This document shows, in pieces, positions 1-9,202 of a stretch of DNA of 64,000 nucleotides. Numbering within the stretch: the first letter of the stretch is position 1; every line of letters starts with the position of its first letter. The position numbers and the translations under genes were made by a program. Below the pieces are notes generated by a model. It did not search any database. It saw only the letters and a program-made list of their open reading frames with translations, and was not told the origin of the DNA. Location: the IMG/VR virus record IMGVR_UViG_3300022602_000027, one strand, 5' to 3'. Source of the stretch: a virus. Taxonomy: Duplodnaviria > Caudoviricetes.

Positions 1-178
1 AGCTGTCTTGACCACTGCCACTCTCTACTAGATTAATAAGTGCATCGTGATAGATATCTGGTAGATTTTCTGTTGGGATAATTAGGCAATTATATGCATC
101 GCCTGGCAATGTGCGATAAGCTACTAAACATTTTTTATTAGTAGCTTTGACACGTGCCACGTGTTTAAGTTCAGCCAT
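1..178 (-). CDS. hypothetical protein, 5' part only (runs off window start)
   Basis: Manual translation from ATG at 178: MAELKHVARVKATNKKCLVAYRTLPGDAYNCLIIPTENLPDIYHDALINLVESGSGQDS, open to the window edge; starts 1 nt after the upstream stop. Confidence 0.75.
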   Translation of the reverse strand, partial: MAELKHVARVKATNKKCLVAYRTLPGDAYNCLIIPTENLPDIYHDALINLVESGSGQDS

Positions 179-179
179 A

Positions 180-431
180 TTAAGCTCCTGTAGCTGGCGC
201 TGTGGCGTCTGCCGGTTGTTGACCTTGTGGTTGTTGTTTAGCTACTGCATCCAAGAATGTAGTTAACTTAGTATATGTTTGTCCAACTGCTACCATTTCA
301 TTTGGTTTAAATGCGCCACGTGAGCTAGCAATATCGATAATAACTTTAAGTGCGTTTAAGTCATTAATTGTTAGGTCAGTGCTTTGTGCGGCTGGATCTG
401 CTTGTTGTGGGGTTTGTGTTGTATCAGTCAT
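180..431 (-). CDS. hypothetical protein (83 aa)
   Basis: ORF track; SD-like AGGAG upstream of the ATG; fits the minus-strand gene run. Confidence 0.75.
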   Translation of the reverse strand: MTDTTQTPQQADPAAQSTDLTINDLNALKVIIDIASSRGAFKPNEMVAVGQTYTKLTTFLDAVAKQQPQGQQPADATAPATGA

Positions 432-464
432 GGTATCTCCTTAATATAATCTGTACTTACTTAA

Positions 465-752
465 TTATCTTTGTTCTAAAAGTGGACAGGCAATCTTGAA
501 AAAACTTAATTCTTTTTCACTTTCAAAACCAATCATAGTAATATATACGATTGTGTTAGTGTGATCTAACTCAAGACTTTGTCCTATGTAGTACCTATTA
601 TTTAAGTTATGGCGGATCCAATTGTCTATAGATTTGATAAAGTTTGGATTGTACTTATCTAATGTAGTATATTTAAAATGCGGACAGGCAAACTCAACCC
701 TCCGCAAGTTAAAATAATTAAGAGGATTAGGTTTACCTGTCTTTAATGCCAT
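465..752 (-). CDS. hypothetical protein (95 aa)
   Basis: ORF track; start overlaps the upstream stop (TAATG). Confidence 0.7.
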   Translation of the reverse strand: MALKTGKPNPLNYFNLRRVEFACPHFKYTTLDKYNPNFIKSIDNWIRHNLNNRYYIGQSLELDHTNTIVYITMIGFESEKELSFFKIACPLLEQR

Positions 753-1936
753 TATGCGCCTACTTTTGCAAATTCGTAATAAGCATATTCTCCAAATGGT
801 GGAACAATCTTATCGTTGCCGTGAATGATGAATACTGTATCACAGTAGTTTTCATCACCCCAGCTACCCCAAGGATAACCGTCTGTAAACATAATGAACT
901 TTTTGGGTTCAATGTCATTTTCCTTCATGTATTCCCAATTGACATCAAACTCAGTTCCGCCACCACCCATTGGTTCATACTCGTCAAACTCATCCATTGT
1001 ATAACCATCATAATCTTGCTCGTTATACACTTTAGTATCAAAACACCATACTTTAATTTTAAAGTCTTGATATTCTTGCATAATGCCTTTAATCTCTGAC
1101 AAGAAGTCTTTTGCTTGCTCATCACCAATTGATCCTGACATATCAATTGCTACGCAAATATCAATTGTTTCTTTAAATTGTGTACCTGGCAATACTGCAT
1201 TCATGTGCCAACCCTTACGATTAGGACGCATAAATGTGTAATCATTTTTAATAACACTTTGGATTTGCTGACGCAAAATATCACGCCAATTCATTTTAGG
1301 TTCTGTAAGTTCCTTAATCATACGTTGTACGCTTGCAGGAGTATTACCAGCACCTGCGGCTTGTGCCGCTTGAATTGTTGCTTCGCGAATTTCGTCACGA
1401 ATTTCTTTTAGTTGTTCTTTACTTAAAGTTGGGCGACCATCTTTACCTTCTTTTTCCCAATCAATATGCTCGTCGAGTAATTGACCAAGTTGATTCAATT
1501 GTTCCTCGTCCATATCGTCATAAATCTTATCATAAATTTCTTCAGCACTCATGCCGTAATATTTAGGATCATGAAAGATTTTAATATCTGGGATTTGATG
1601 ATCACCGATATGGTCTCGCACTAATTGTCCGTTAACAGTATAGTCACAGGCAATGTTAAAGATTTGAGGATCGCGTCCTTCACGACGTGTCATGTGATCA
1701 AAAACATTGTGTAAGATTTCGTGTGCAATGACAAACTCTACCTGTTTAACGGTAAGTTTTTCAAAAAACTCACGACAGAAATAAATGTTACGACCATCTG
1801 TTGCGGCAGTTGGCAACCATTTTTCTGCTTCCTGAATCTTCAAACGTGTAGCCATGTTACCAAAAAACGGATGCTTTAAAAGCAAACCTACACGAGCTAC
1901 AATAATTTTGTCTATGACTGGATCTGAATGTGACAT
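752..1936 (-). CDS. VWA-like domain protein with N-terminal HExxH metallopeptidase-like domain (DUF2201-type)
   Basis: TAATDG and AHEILHN (HExxH) motifs; C-terminal MIDAS-like IDMSGS, GGGGTEF and MFTDGY. Start moved to ATG 1936 (MSHSD) behind the SD AAGGAG. Confidence 0.85.
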   Translation of the reverse strand: MSHSDPVIDKIIVARVGLLLKHPFFGNMATRLKIQEAEKWLPTAATDGRNIYFCREFFEKLTVKQVEFVIAHEILHNVFDHMTRREGRDPQIFNIACDYTVNGQLVRDHIGDHQIPDIKIFHDPKYYGMSAEEIYDKIYDDMDEEQLNQLGQLLDEHIDWEKEGKDGRPTLSKEQLKEIRDEIREATIQAAQAAGAGNTPASVQRMIKELTEPKMNWRDILRQQIQSVIKNDYTFMRPNRKGWHMNAVLPGTQFKETIDICVAIDMSGSIGDEQAKDFLSEIKGIMQEYQDFKIKVWCFDTKVYNEQDYDGYTMDEFDEYEPMGGGGTEFDVNWEYMKENDIEPKKFIMFTDGYPWGSWGDENYCDTVFIIHGNDKIVPPFGEYAYYEFAKVGA

Positions 1937-1961
1937 ACTTGCTCCTTTTACGTATGTATAT

Positions 1962-1990
1962 ATTATAACACCTCCCGTAGGAGGTGTCAA
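1962..1990 (-). promoter_or_regulatory. sigma70-type promoter TTGACA-17-TATAAT with hairpin in spacer
   Basis: Perfect consensus on minus strand; ACACCTCC-TACG-GGAGGTGT at 1968-1987. Confidence 0.8.
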
Positions 1991-2006
1991 TTGGTACTAA
2001 GCCAAA

Positions 2007-3098
2007 TTACTTCTCAGTTGCGGCGCTAATGTACTTACCAAACTTAGCGTGGAAGTCGTCAAAGCACTTAATTTCATCTGGATCCAACGGCAACTTGTAT
2101 TGGCTAAGAGCAATTTTAGTACCCATAATAACCAATTCTGTTTCAAAATTGTCCATGATAAATTGGAAGAAGTAGTTAACTTGATCGTTCCAGTTTTTGG
2201 CTTTCTTTTCACAAGAGTCTTTAAGCTCGTAGCACAATGACACAGTCAAAGAATACATAGCTGAAATCTCTTTTGAGTCCATCTTTTTAACCTTACCACT
2301 CAAAATATCTGATGGGTTAGGCATTTTGGACGCATGTTTACGGTGAGCCATAAACTTAATAGCAAGTCCTTCACCAACTGAACCTGACACCAAATCTGTT
2401 AGTGTTTCAGTATCAACATCGTCATCTGTAAGCAATTCGCTTACAAAAGACCAAGAGCGTGGTGTAGCAAAAGAGCGTGAGCTAGATTTTGGATCAAAAT
2501 CGTATAAGTCCTTTTTACTAAATGTTAGGAAACCAATAACATCTGGGTGAACACCGTTATCAACAGCCCACTCAAAATAGTCATCCCAGTCTACTGTCAT
2601 TTCCAAGTGAACAAAACGATTAGCCAACGGGCTAGGCATACGATAGCTAACACCCTTGTCAGTTTCACGGTTACCAGCGGCAACCATTACTACGTTATCT
2701 GGCAACTCGTATGTGCCAACTTTACGATTAAGAACTAACTGATAAGCCGCCGCTTGTACGCTAGGAGCCGCTGAATTAAGCTCGTCCATAAAAAGGATAA
2801 TTTGTTTATGCTTTGATGCAAAGTCTTTGCTTGGCAATTCTGAAGGAGGTGCCCAACGCATGGTACCTTCATTGCTATCAAAATATGGAATACCTTTAAT
2901 GTCAGTAGGTTCCCAAAGGCTCAAACGTACATCAATTACGTGAGCACCAAGTTCTTCACCTAGCTGTTTAATGATATCTGATTTACCAATACCTGGAGGG
3001 CCCCAGATAAAGATTGGACGCTTACTATTAAAAGCCTTACGCAAAGACTTTTTAGCGCCTTTTGGACCCACTGTACGGGTTACTAGTTCTTTTGCCAT
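2007..3098 (-). CDS. MoxR-like / dynein-related AAA+ ATPase
   Basis: Walker A GPPGIGKS, Walker B LFMDELN, sensor AAGN, LANRF arginine finger, TPRSW; adjacent to the VWA gene. Confidence 0.9.
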   Translation of the reverse strand: MAKELVTRTVGPKGAKKSLRKAFNSKRPIFIWGPPGIGKSDIIKQLGEELGAHVIDVRLSLWEPTDIKGIPYFDSNEGTMRWAPPSELPSKDFASKHKQIILFMDELNSAAPSVQAAAYQLVLNRKVGTYELPDNVVMVAAGNRETDKGVSYRMPSPLANRFVHLEMTVDWDDYFEWAVDNGVHPDVIGFLTFSKKDLYDFDPKSSSRSFATPRSWSFVSELLTDDDVDTETLTDLVSGSVGEGLAIKFMAHRKHASKMPNPSDILSGKVKKMDSKEISAMYSLTVSLCYELKDSCEKKAKNWNDQVNYFFQFIMDNFETELVIMGTKIALSQYKLPLDPDEIKCFDDFHAKFGKYISAATEK

Positions 3099-3151
3099 TT
3101 TGTTTCCTATCTTAGTTAAAGGTGAACTGTATTTGTTTCGTTACAGTAGTA

Positions 3152-3180
3152 ATTATACAGTCAACTTGTAGGAAAGTCAA
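3152..3180 (-). promoter_or_regulatory. sigma70-type promoter TTGACT-17-TATAAT
   Basis: Intergenic, directly upstream of the AAA ATPase gene. Confidence 0.75.
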
Positions 3181-3572
3181 TGCGAATCTAGATCTTTTTC
3201 TCGCTCATTTATGGCTTTAATTAAGCCAAATTTTCTAATGTCGTCTGAAAACAACATTAGCTCAAAACTCTTGCGTTCAGTAAACACAGTAATGCTTTGA
3301 TTGGTAAGATAATATGGAGTGTCTAAATATCTTTCCAAAAATATAATAGTTTGGGGACTGAGCTCAATTGGTTCAGTAAAGGGAATTTCGTATTCTCTTA
3401 ACGACAGTTCTTGCACTAAGAACATGTATCCTGTATCACTTAATCGAAATGATTGTTTACCAGATCTATTTGATTGCCACCAAGTACGATTGTACATTTC
3501 GAGATTTGCTTCGTCTGCACTTTTACCCCATTGTTCTAAAAAAATCTTAGTTAGGGTATTTCGAGAAATCAT
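3177..3572 (-). CDS. hypothetical protein (131 aa)
   Basis: ORF track; ATGA overlap with the upstream gene. Confidence 0.75.
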   Translation of the reverse strand: MISRNTLTKIFLEQWGKSADEANLEMYNRTWWQSNRSGKQSFRLSDTGYMFLVQELSLREYEIPFTEPIELSPQTIIFLERYLDTPYYLTNQSITVFTERKSFELMLFSDDIRKFGLIKAINEREKDLDSH

Positions 3573-3862
3573 TTTATTATTGTACCTTGTGTTAGCATAA
3601 CAACTTGGAAATCCTCAGTTCCAAACTGTAAATTCAATTTCTTTGCCAAATTATGTGCGTGGCCAGGATTTGAAAAAGAAACTTTTTTATACTTAGGTCC
3701 GGGATAATTAACAATGCTATTAAACGATTTTAAATTAAATGGTTCGTTTTTATAAAATACTGCCCAAATGGCATCAGCCTCCAAAATCTGCTCAGCCTTA
3801 TAGTTCTTCTTGTTAACGTACTCTAATAGTACCTTAGGTTTTGGTCGACTCATAATATGCAT
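3569..3862 (-). CDS. hypothetical protein (97 aa)
   Basis: ORF track; ATAAATA motif just upstream (3883-3889). Confidence 0.75.
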   Translation of the reverse strand: MHIMSRPKPKVLLEYVNKKNYKAEQILEADAIWAVFYKNEPFNLKSFNSIVNYPGPKYKKVSFSNPGHAHNLAKKLNLQFGTEDFQVVMLTQGTIIK

Positions 3863-3891
3863 ACCCCAGATATATACGCATATATTTATCC

Positions 3892-4143
3892 TTACTTGTC
3901 GCTAAACCCACCGCCGTCAATTTCAATTTGTACTTCTTCTTGACTTACATAACCTTTAAGGCTATTAAACATACTTTCATAGTCTCGATTTACTTTATCT
4001 TGTATTTCTACTAAGGCTAGGCCAAGTAAGCGAGCCTGCTGAATAGTCATTTTAACTTCTTTACTTTGACTTAATTCAGCGGCTCTTAGTATTTGTGCAA
4101 ATTGTGTTAATGGTGTTAAATTAATCTGATTTTGCATTAGCAA
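3892..4143 (-). CDS. hypothetical protein (~83 aa)
   Basis: ORF track; fits the gene run. Confidence 0.65.
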   Translation of the reverse strand: MLMQNQINLTPLTQFAQILRAAELSQSKEVKMTIQQARLLGLALVEIQDKVNRDYESMFNSLKGYVSQEEVQIEIDGGGFSDK

Positions 4144-4600
4144 GTACCTGTTTCATTTCAAGTTCACTTTTAAATGGACCTTTATATTCATTACGTTCTA
4201 ATGTAATTAGTTTAGGACAAAATGATTTAACCCAACCTTTATTAAACTTGATTGTGTAATAACCTGCACAGTACAAACTTTTACTAGCATTGCTCTTAGT
4301 AAACAATGGTAATTTTTCTTGTACATTGTACATTGGATTAAAGGGTTTTGAACTTGTTGGAAATCCGTGACATTCATGGACTTCTGGTTGAGTAACTTTA
4401 ACTTTGGTGCTGGTTAGGAAAAATCCTTCTCCAAACTGTTTAGTTAAGTCTTGTTTTTTGTTAAACATAACTTCGCCGTTAGTACTACTTAAGACGAATT
4501 TATTATTTTCTTTTTTGTGTAGTGTTGCAACCTTAGAGCCATCTTGCTCTACGATCCAAAACTTACCATCCACAATAGGCTTGGCATGTATCTCTGTCAT
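4121..4600 (-). CDS. hypothetical protein (~159 aa)
   Basis: ORF track; start moved to ATG 4600 (MTEIHAKP) behind AAGGAG. Confidence 0.75.
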   Translation of the reverse strand: MTEIHAKPIVDGKFWIVEQDGSKVATLHKKENNKFVLSSTNGEVMFNKKQDLTKQFGEGFFLTSTKVKVTQPEVHECHGFPTSSKPFNPMYNVQEKLPLFTKSNASKSLYCAGYYTIKFNKGWVKSFCPKLITLERNEYKGPFKSELEMKQVLANAKSD

Positions 4601-4701
4601 ATTTTTCTCCTTACACCCCGTAAATTTATTTGGGCATGTTGTTTCGTACACACAATTACTAGGCCCCGAAGGCGCACTAGTAATATACGTATTTATCTCT
4701 G

Positions 4702-5205
4702 TCATTCTTCAACAAAATCAACTACATTGCCATCTGCATCTGCACAGATAATACGTACAGTTTCGTCAGCTTCGTTTTTAATTTCGATAGGACCCCAGAT
4801 CCACCATTCGCTATCGTCTTGACTCCATGGATCTTCTTCACGATCTTCTAATTCATAAACACTATTTTCATCGATGAATTCTTGAAGTTCTTCTTCCTCT
4901 TCTTCAGTGAGGTCTTCAAATTCAATATCATACCAGCACCCGCCGTCATCCATGCTAATAAGTTCAACACTTTCAATGTTGTTAACTTCGCAGTCTAGCA
5001 TATTGATACTGTCTTTTTTGCCATCACCCCCGGGAACAAAAGTAAACTCAAATTCTGGAGGATTATCATCTGAAGTTTCTACAGTCCATTCACCCCAACG
5101 GAAACCGTTAGTGACTGTGAGTCGACCTTCGCCTTCACTTCGAACCCAATGTTCGACTTCCTGGCAAGATTTTTTATAGTATGTTCTAACGGTCCATGTT
5201 GCCAT
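4702..5205 (-). CDS. acidic hypothetical protein (167 aa)
   Basis: ORF track; SD-like AAGGGG upstream; strongly D/E-rich. Confidence 0.75.
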   Translation of the reverse strand: MATWTVRTYYKKSCQEVEHWVRSEGEGRLTVTNGFRWGEWTVETSDDNPPEFEFTFVPGGDGKKDSINMLDCEVNNIESVELISMDDGGCWYDIEFEDLTEEEEEELQEFIDENSVYELEDREEDPWSQDDSEWWIWGPIEIKNEADETVRIICADADGNVVDFVEE

Positions 5206-5215
5206 TTTTATCCCC

Positions 5216-5410
5216 TTATTCTGCCAAAGGTAATGCTAATGCTTCTTTAATAGCATCGATTAATTCGTCTTCACTGCCAACAATAACTTTGGCACTTTTC
5301 CAATCGTCATTGTCATCACGTCCACCTACTTCAATCATAAAGCCGTTGTCATAACGGTTGATGGTAAAGCTCTCGTTTGCTTTTACTAGTTTTTCTGAAA
5401 TTGCACTCAT
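5216..5410 (-). CDS. hypothetical protein (64 aa)
   Basis: ORF track; overlaps the RNase H stop. Confidence 0.7.
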   Translation of the reverse strand: MSAISEKLVKANESFTINRYDNGFMIEVGGRDDNDDWKSAKVIVGSEDELIDAIKEALALPLAE

Positions 5411-6399
5411 TTAAGTTCTCCTTGATATTTTGCCTGAAATGGCTCTGCATACTGCTGAATGTTATCAGCGATCTTTTTCATATCCCAAGCATTGCAGAAC
5501 TTGAGCATACGAATACCTACTTGGCTAACGTCTTTAGGAACTGCATTAGCCTTAATCGTTTCCTTAATCTTTTCTTTAATATCGTCCGGTTGTGCTGTTA
5601 AATCACATAATTGAACATTACGTTGATAATCTTCTAGCACACGATGTTCTAATCCGTTATGGTCAACCCATCTCTGAAGCATGAGATTGTTCCACGCAAA
5701 TCCTTTGGCTTTACGATCTTCGAACGCTTCAAGTAAACCAACTTTGTTTTTTGTACCTTTAGTACGCACACCTGGATACGCTGAGAAGACATTATCACTG
5801 GTATCACCGCGCATACATTTTTCGAACAGCATCCACTCTGGGTCTTGTGCTGGCTTCGGCTCGCCTGTCTTTTTGTCTTTAACCGGTTTACCTTTTGCAT
5901 CAAAGATACCTTCATGTGTAATGTGTAAATCACCTACGCCGTTATATTGACTAACAGTAGGACTTACCAATTGTGCAAAGTCGCCATCTGTTGAAATAAT
6001 AACGTGCTTTGCATCTGGATGTGCTTGTATCCAACCTGCAATCAAATCGTCAGCTTCTAAATTTTCGTGACGCATTACAGTAGCATTAGTTTTTTCTGTA
6101 ATGAAATTCTTAAACTCGTCAAATGCTTCCCAGAACAATTTATCTTCGTCTTGTTCTCTTTGAGTCATAGCCGCACGAGTTTCTTGTCTATTGGCCTTAT
6201 AGGGCTTGTAATAGTCTTTACGCCAGCTACGACCTTCGAGACAGAATACGATATGACTGCCACCAAAGTCTTGCCACGCTTTTTTGATACTGTTAAAAGT
6301 AATATGAAATGCCATACCGAGTTTAATATCGGACGACCCTTGAACTACGTGTCTAGCACGAAAAAATGTGTTAGCAGTATCAACTATAATATATGTCAT
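5407..6399 (-). CDS. rnh: T4-type RNase H / 5'-3' exonuclease (FEN family)
   Basis: N-terminal IIVDTAN, EADDLIA, ISTDGDFAQL and GDTSDNV motifs typical of FEN/5' nucleases. Confidence 0.88.
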   Translation of the reverse strand: MTYIIVDTANTFFRARHVVQGSSDIKLGMAFHITFNSIKKAWQDFGGSHIVFCLEGRSWRKDYYKPYKANRQETRAAMTQREQDEDKLFWEAFDEFKNFITEKTNATVMRHENLEADDLIAGWIQAHPDAKHVIISTDGDFAQLVSPTVSQYNGVGDLHITHEGIFDAKGKPVKDKKTGEPKPAQDPEWMLFEKCMRGDTSDNVFSAYPGVRTKGTKNKVGLLEAFEDRKAKGFAWNNLMLQRWVDHNGLEHRVLEDYQRNVQLCDLTAQPDDIKEKIKETIKANAVPKDVSQVGIRMLKFCNAWDMKKIADNIQQYAEPFQAKYQGELK

Positions 6400-6830
6400 T
6401 CTACTTCGGCTTTGCCGTTACCTAATCTGTTTACATTAACATAACCGCCAATTGTACGGCTTGGATTAGCAACACCTGCTTCTGCAAGCATGTTACCTGC
6501 TAAATCTCTAAACCAACGATCGACAATCTCTTCATCTGGATCACCTTCAAAACCGTATCCAGCGTCCTTTAATTGTACTATAAACAAGTCGTTCCAGTCA
6601 AGTTCAAAAAAGCCATTACGAACATTATCTTTATTAACATGCGTATCTAGAACTGCTACATATGGTTCACCACGAGCAGTTGCACGGTCTTTTGGTGTTG
6701 CTTTAGCCAATTCAGCGGCCTCTTCTGCTTCTTTAGCCGCATTCATAGCCAATTCCGCCGCGGCAAGTGCTTCTTCTTTTTGTTGCTCTAACTTATCAAT
6801 GCCAAATAATCTTTTAATCAGTTTTTTCAT
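6396..6830 (-). CDS. hypothetical protein (~144 aa)
   Basis: ORF track; probable start MKKLIKRLFG at 6830. Confidence 0.7.
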   Translation of the reverse strand: MKKLIKRLFGIDKLEQQKEEALAAAELAMNAAKEAEEAAELAKATPKDRATARGEPYVAVLDTHVNKDNVRNGFFELDWNDLFIVQLKDAGYGFEGDPDEEIVDRWFRDLAGNMLAEAGVANPSRTIGGYVNVNRLGNGKAEVE

Positions 6831-6966
6831 TTTTCTTTTCCATACAGTTACAATCTCTACCTTGTCTACAATTACCGGTACAAGCACTATTGATATTCTT
6901 AGTCCATCTTAACAATAGACAAATTATTATAATCCAACCAATTGTAAAACAAAGCGTAAAGAACAT
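6814..6966 (-). CDS. small membrane protein with Cys-rich C-terminus (50 aa, not in ORF track)
   Basis: Manual translation MFFTLCFTIGWIIIICLLLRWTKNINSACTGNCRQGRDCNCMEKKNEKTD; ATG directly follows the queE stop. Confidence 0.6.
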   Translation of the reverse strand: MFFTLCFTIGWIIIICLLLRWTKNINSACTGNCRQGRDCNCMEKKNEKTD

Positions 6967-7821
6967 TTAGGTACCCCATTCATTTTTAAATAAAGGCACT
7001 TGTAGTCTATCACTATAGCGTAAGCCTGCCTTCATAGCTAGTTCTGCTACACGACGATTGTTTAATGTATAAACACTTTCTACTCCGCCAACTGGCATCA
7101 AATATACTGCGCCAGTAAAACCAGCAAGTCGATATAAATCCATTACTTCTAATGCTTCATATGCATCGTCTTCTGTGGCTACAACAAATTTAAGATATGT
7201 ATAACCAACATCTTGATATTGCAAAAGCACATCTGGTTTGATAGCATCTTCACGTTTTTCACCACTACAACTCAATTTAGCACTTACACTAAATGTTACA
7301 TCTCTAGTATAATGCTCATGCCCAGTCTGCCATTGTAACAAGTAACGTTGAAAATCATCAGTTAATGCTTGAGTGCCATTAGTTTCAAATGTAATTTCTT
7401 TTAAGTTATACATGTTAGGATGATCCAATAGATCTGGATAAGCACGTTGCCAGCCTAACAATGGCTCACCGCCTGTGATAACCAAATGCTCATCTTGCCA
7501 TTGTTTGTATGGAAGGATCTCCATAATGCGATCTGCAATAGCATCGCTTGTGAGCATTGGACTAAGTTCTTTAAAACTAGGATGCCAACTAGCATAACTA
7601 TCACAACCTGTACTAACCAAAGGAAGTTCTTCATATTTGTTATATAGATGTACTACTGTAGCAATGTCTTCGGCTTCCGCACTTAGTTCGCCACGTGGCA
7701 TACCAAAACCTGCACATTTAAAATTACAACCAAATGTACGCAAGAAAACAGACGGTACACCCATGTAACGTCCTTCGCCTTGCACACTATAAAATAACTC
7801 GGCAATCTTAATTTTACTCAT
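6967..7821 (-). CDS. queE: 7-carboxy-7-deazaguanine synthase (radical SAM)
   Basis: IAELFYSVQGEG, VFLRTFGCNFKC, ITGGEPLL, FETNGT, YLMP and LQV motifs; clustered with folE, queD and dpdA. Confidence 0.88.
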   Translation of the reverse strand: MSKIKIAELFYSVQGEGRYMGVPSVFLRTFGCNFKCAGFGMPRGELSAEAEDIATVVHLYNKYEELPLVSTGCDSYASWHPSFKELSPMLTSDAIADRIMEILPYKQWQDEHLVITGGEPLLGWQRAYPDLLDHPNMYNLKEITFETNGTQALTDDFQRYLLQWQTGHEHYTRDVTFSVSAKLSCSGEKREDAIKPDVLLQYQDVGYTYLKFVVATEDDAYEALEVMDLYRLAGFTGAVYLMPVGGVESVYTLNNRRVAELAMKAGLRYSDRLQVPLFKNEWGT

Positions 7822-8050
7822 CTTCGTCTTTCTCTAAAAATTGACTTACTTGATCTTCTGCATTCTGCAATGAAGATGCATAAACACTAAATGTAGCAAC
7901 ACCTTTACTTGCCTTTACATCAAACGGAACAGTACCGTTTGGCAACCAGTTTGGTTCTACTTCTCTTTTAATTTCAAACCATTGCATTTCTGTATTTTTC
8001 ATACGGTAAATTAATTCATCTGTTAATTGTTTTGCTGTATTCATTCGCAA
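7814..8050 (-). CDS. hypothetical protein (78 aa)
   Basis: ORF track; overlaps neighbours. Confidence 0.65.
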   Translation of the reverse strand: MRMNTAKQLTDELIYRMKNTEMQWFEIKREVEPNWLPNGTVPFDVKASKGVATFSVYASSLQNAEDQVSQFLEKDEDE

Positions 8051-8430
8051 TCGCCTTGTTCTGCTAATTTTGATACTGCTGATTTTTCTTTGCGGTCTTT
8101 TCTAAAATTATCTACGTCTTCTATAGCACTGAGCAATGTTTGAGCATAGTTAAATGCTTGCTGTCGACGCATAACTAGAGTAGACTCTGTATCGACGTAG
8201 CCTTTTGTTAACAACGACCAAATAGCATGCCACCGATCCTTGTAAAACCAATTGCTTTTTACAGTTGTATAGATAGTAACACTAACTTCATGATCGTCAG
8301 CTTCTACCCATACATGATGATCGTGATCAGAAGCACCGCACTCGCAAGTAACTCGGTAGGCTTTTGAGTCTCCCCAGTCGTTTGTTTGCATAATGCCTTC
8401 GGCTGGTACTTGTATTTTTAGATCAGTCAT
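8041..8430 (-). CDS. hypothetical protein (129 aa)
   Basis: ORF track; CEC...HDHH possible metal site. Confidence 0.7.
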   Translation of the reverse strand: MTDLKIQVPAEGIMQTNDWGDSKAYRVTCECGASDHDHHVWVEADDHEVSVTIYTTVKSNWFYKDRWHAIWSLLTKGYVDTESTLVMRRQQAFNYAQTLLSAIEDVDNFRKDRKEKSAVSKLAEQGDCE

Positions 8431-9185
8431 TTTGAAGCATACTCCTGTTGCATTTTGATATTGTCAAAGAATTCTTTCTTTGTACCTGGATCATCTTTAA
8501 ATGCACCTTTTAATACTGTAGTCTGCGTTAAACTACTCTTAGCCATAATGCCTCGATTCTCACAGCAACCATGCGTAGCTTGAATGTATACACCTAAGTC
8601 TGTAGCGCCTGTGGTTTTTTCTATTTCCCTAGCAATATCGTTACACAACTCTTCCTGGAGAGTGCCGCGACGAGCACACCACTGAGCAATACGAGTGTAC
8701 TTAGACAAACCAATAAGTTTTTGTGCGGCGATGATACCAATGTAAGCGACACCAGTAACGGGCTGATGATGATGACTGCACATAGAGCGCAACTCACTAC
8801 GTACCACCAACATACCTTCGTATCTGTCTTCGCCATCGTTTGGAAATGCTGTTGCGTCTGGTGCTGGGTCATATCTGCCACTCATTACTTCATTAAAATA
8901 CATCTTAGCAAGGCGACGAGCTGTGCCTTTGCTATTAGGATCGTTTTCACGATCAATAAGCAAACGGTCAAGCACTAGTTCAAATGCTTCTGTTGCTTCA
9001 TCAATTAGTTTATCTTTAAATTCTTCTGTAACGTATTCGCTAATATTATCGCCAGCCCAAAAGCGTTTGCCTTCTCGTTTCATTTTAAATCGAAGATGAT
9101 CGCCTAGATATGCTTCTTCGTAACCGCCGTCGCCTGCCATAGCATCTAACCCTGTCTCAAATTTATATGTTTGTGATTCTGTCAT
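8427..9185 (-). CDS. folE: GTP cyclohydrolase I
   Basis: SMCSHH, GLSKYTR, TLQEEL and ATHGCCENRG motifs of GCYH-I. Confidence 0.93.
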   Translation of the reverse strand: MTESQTYKFETGLDAMAGDGGYEEAYLGDHLRFKMKREGKRFWAGDNISEYVTEEFKDKLIDEATEAFELVLDRLLIDRENDPNSKGTARRLAKMYFNEVMSGRYDPAPDATAFPNDGEDRYEGMLVVRSELRSMCSHHHQPVTGVAYIGIIAAQKLIGLSKYTRIAQWCARRGTLQEELCNDIAREIEKTTGATDLGVYIQATHGCCENRGIMAKSSLTQTTVLKGAFKDDPGTKKEFFDNIKMQQEYASK

Positions 9186-9202
9186 AAGTGTTCCTTTGTA
9201 CT

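Noticed and set aside
120-166. Inverted repeats AGCTACTAA...TTAGTAGCT and ACACGTG-C-CACGTGT near the window start
   Set aside because: They lie inside a continuous minus-strand reading frame; there is no independent evidence of function.
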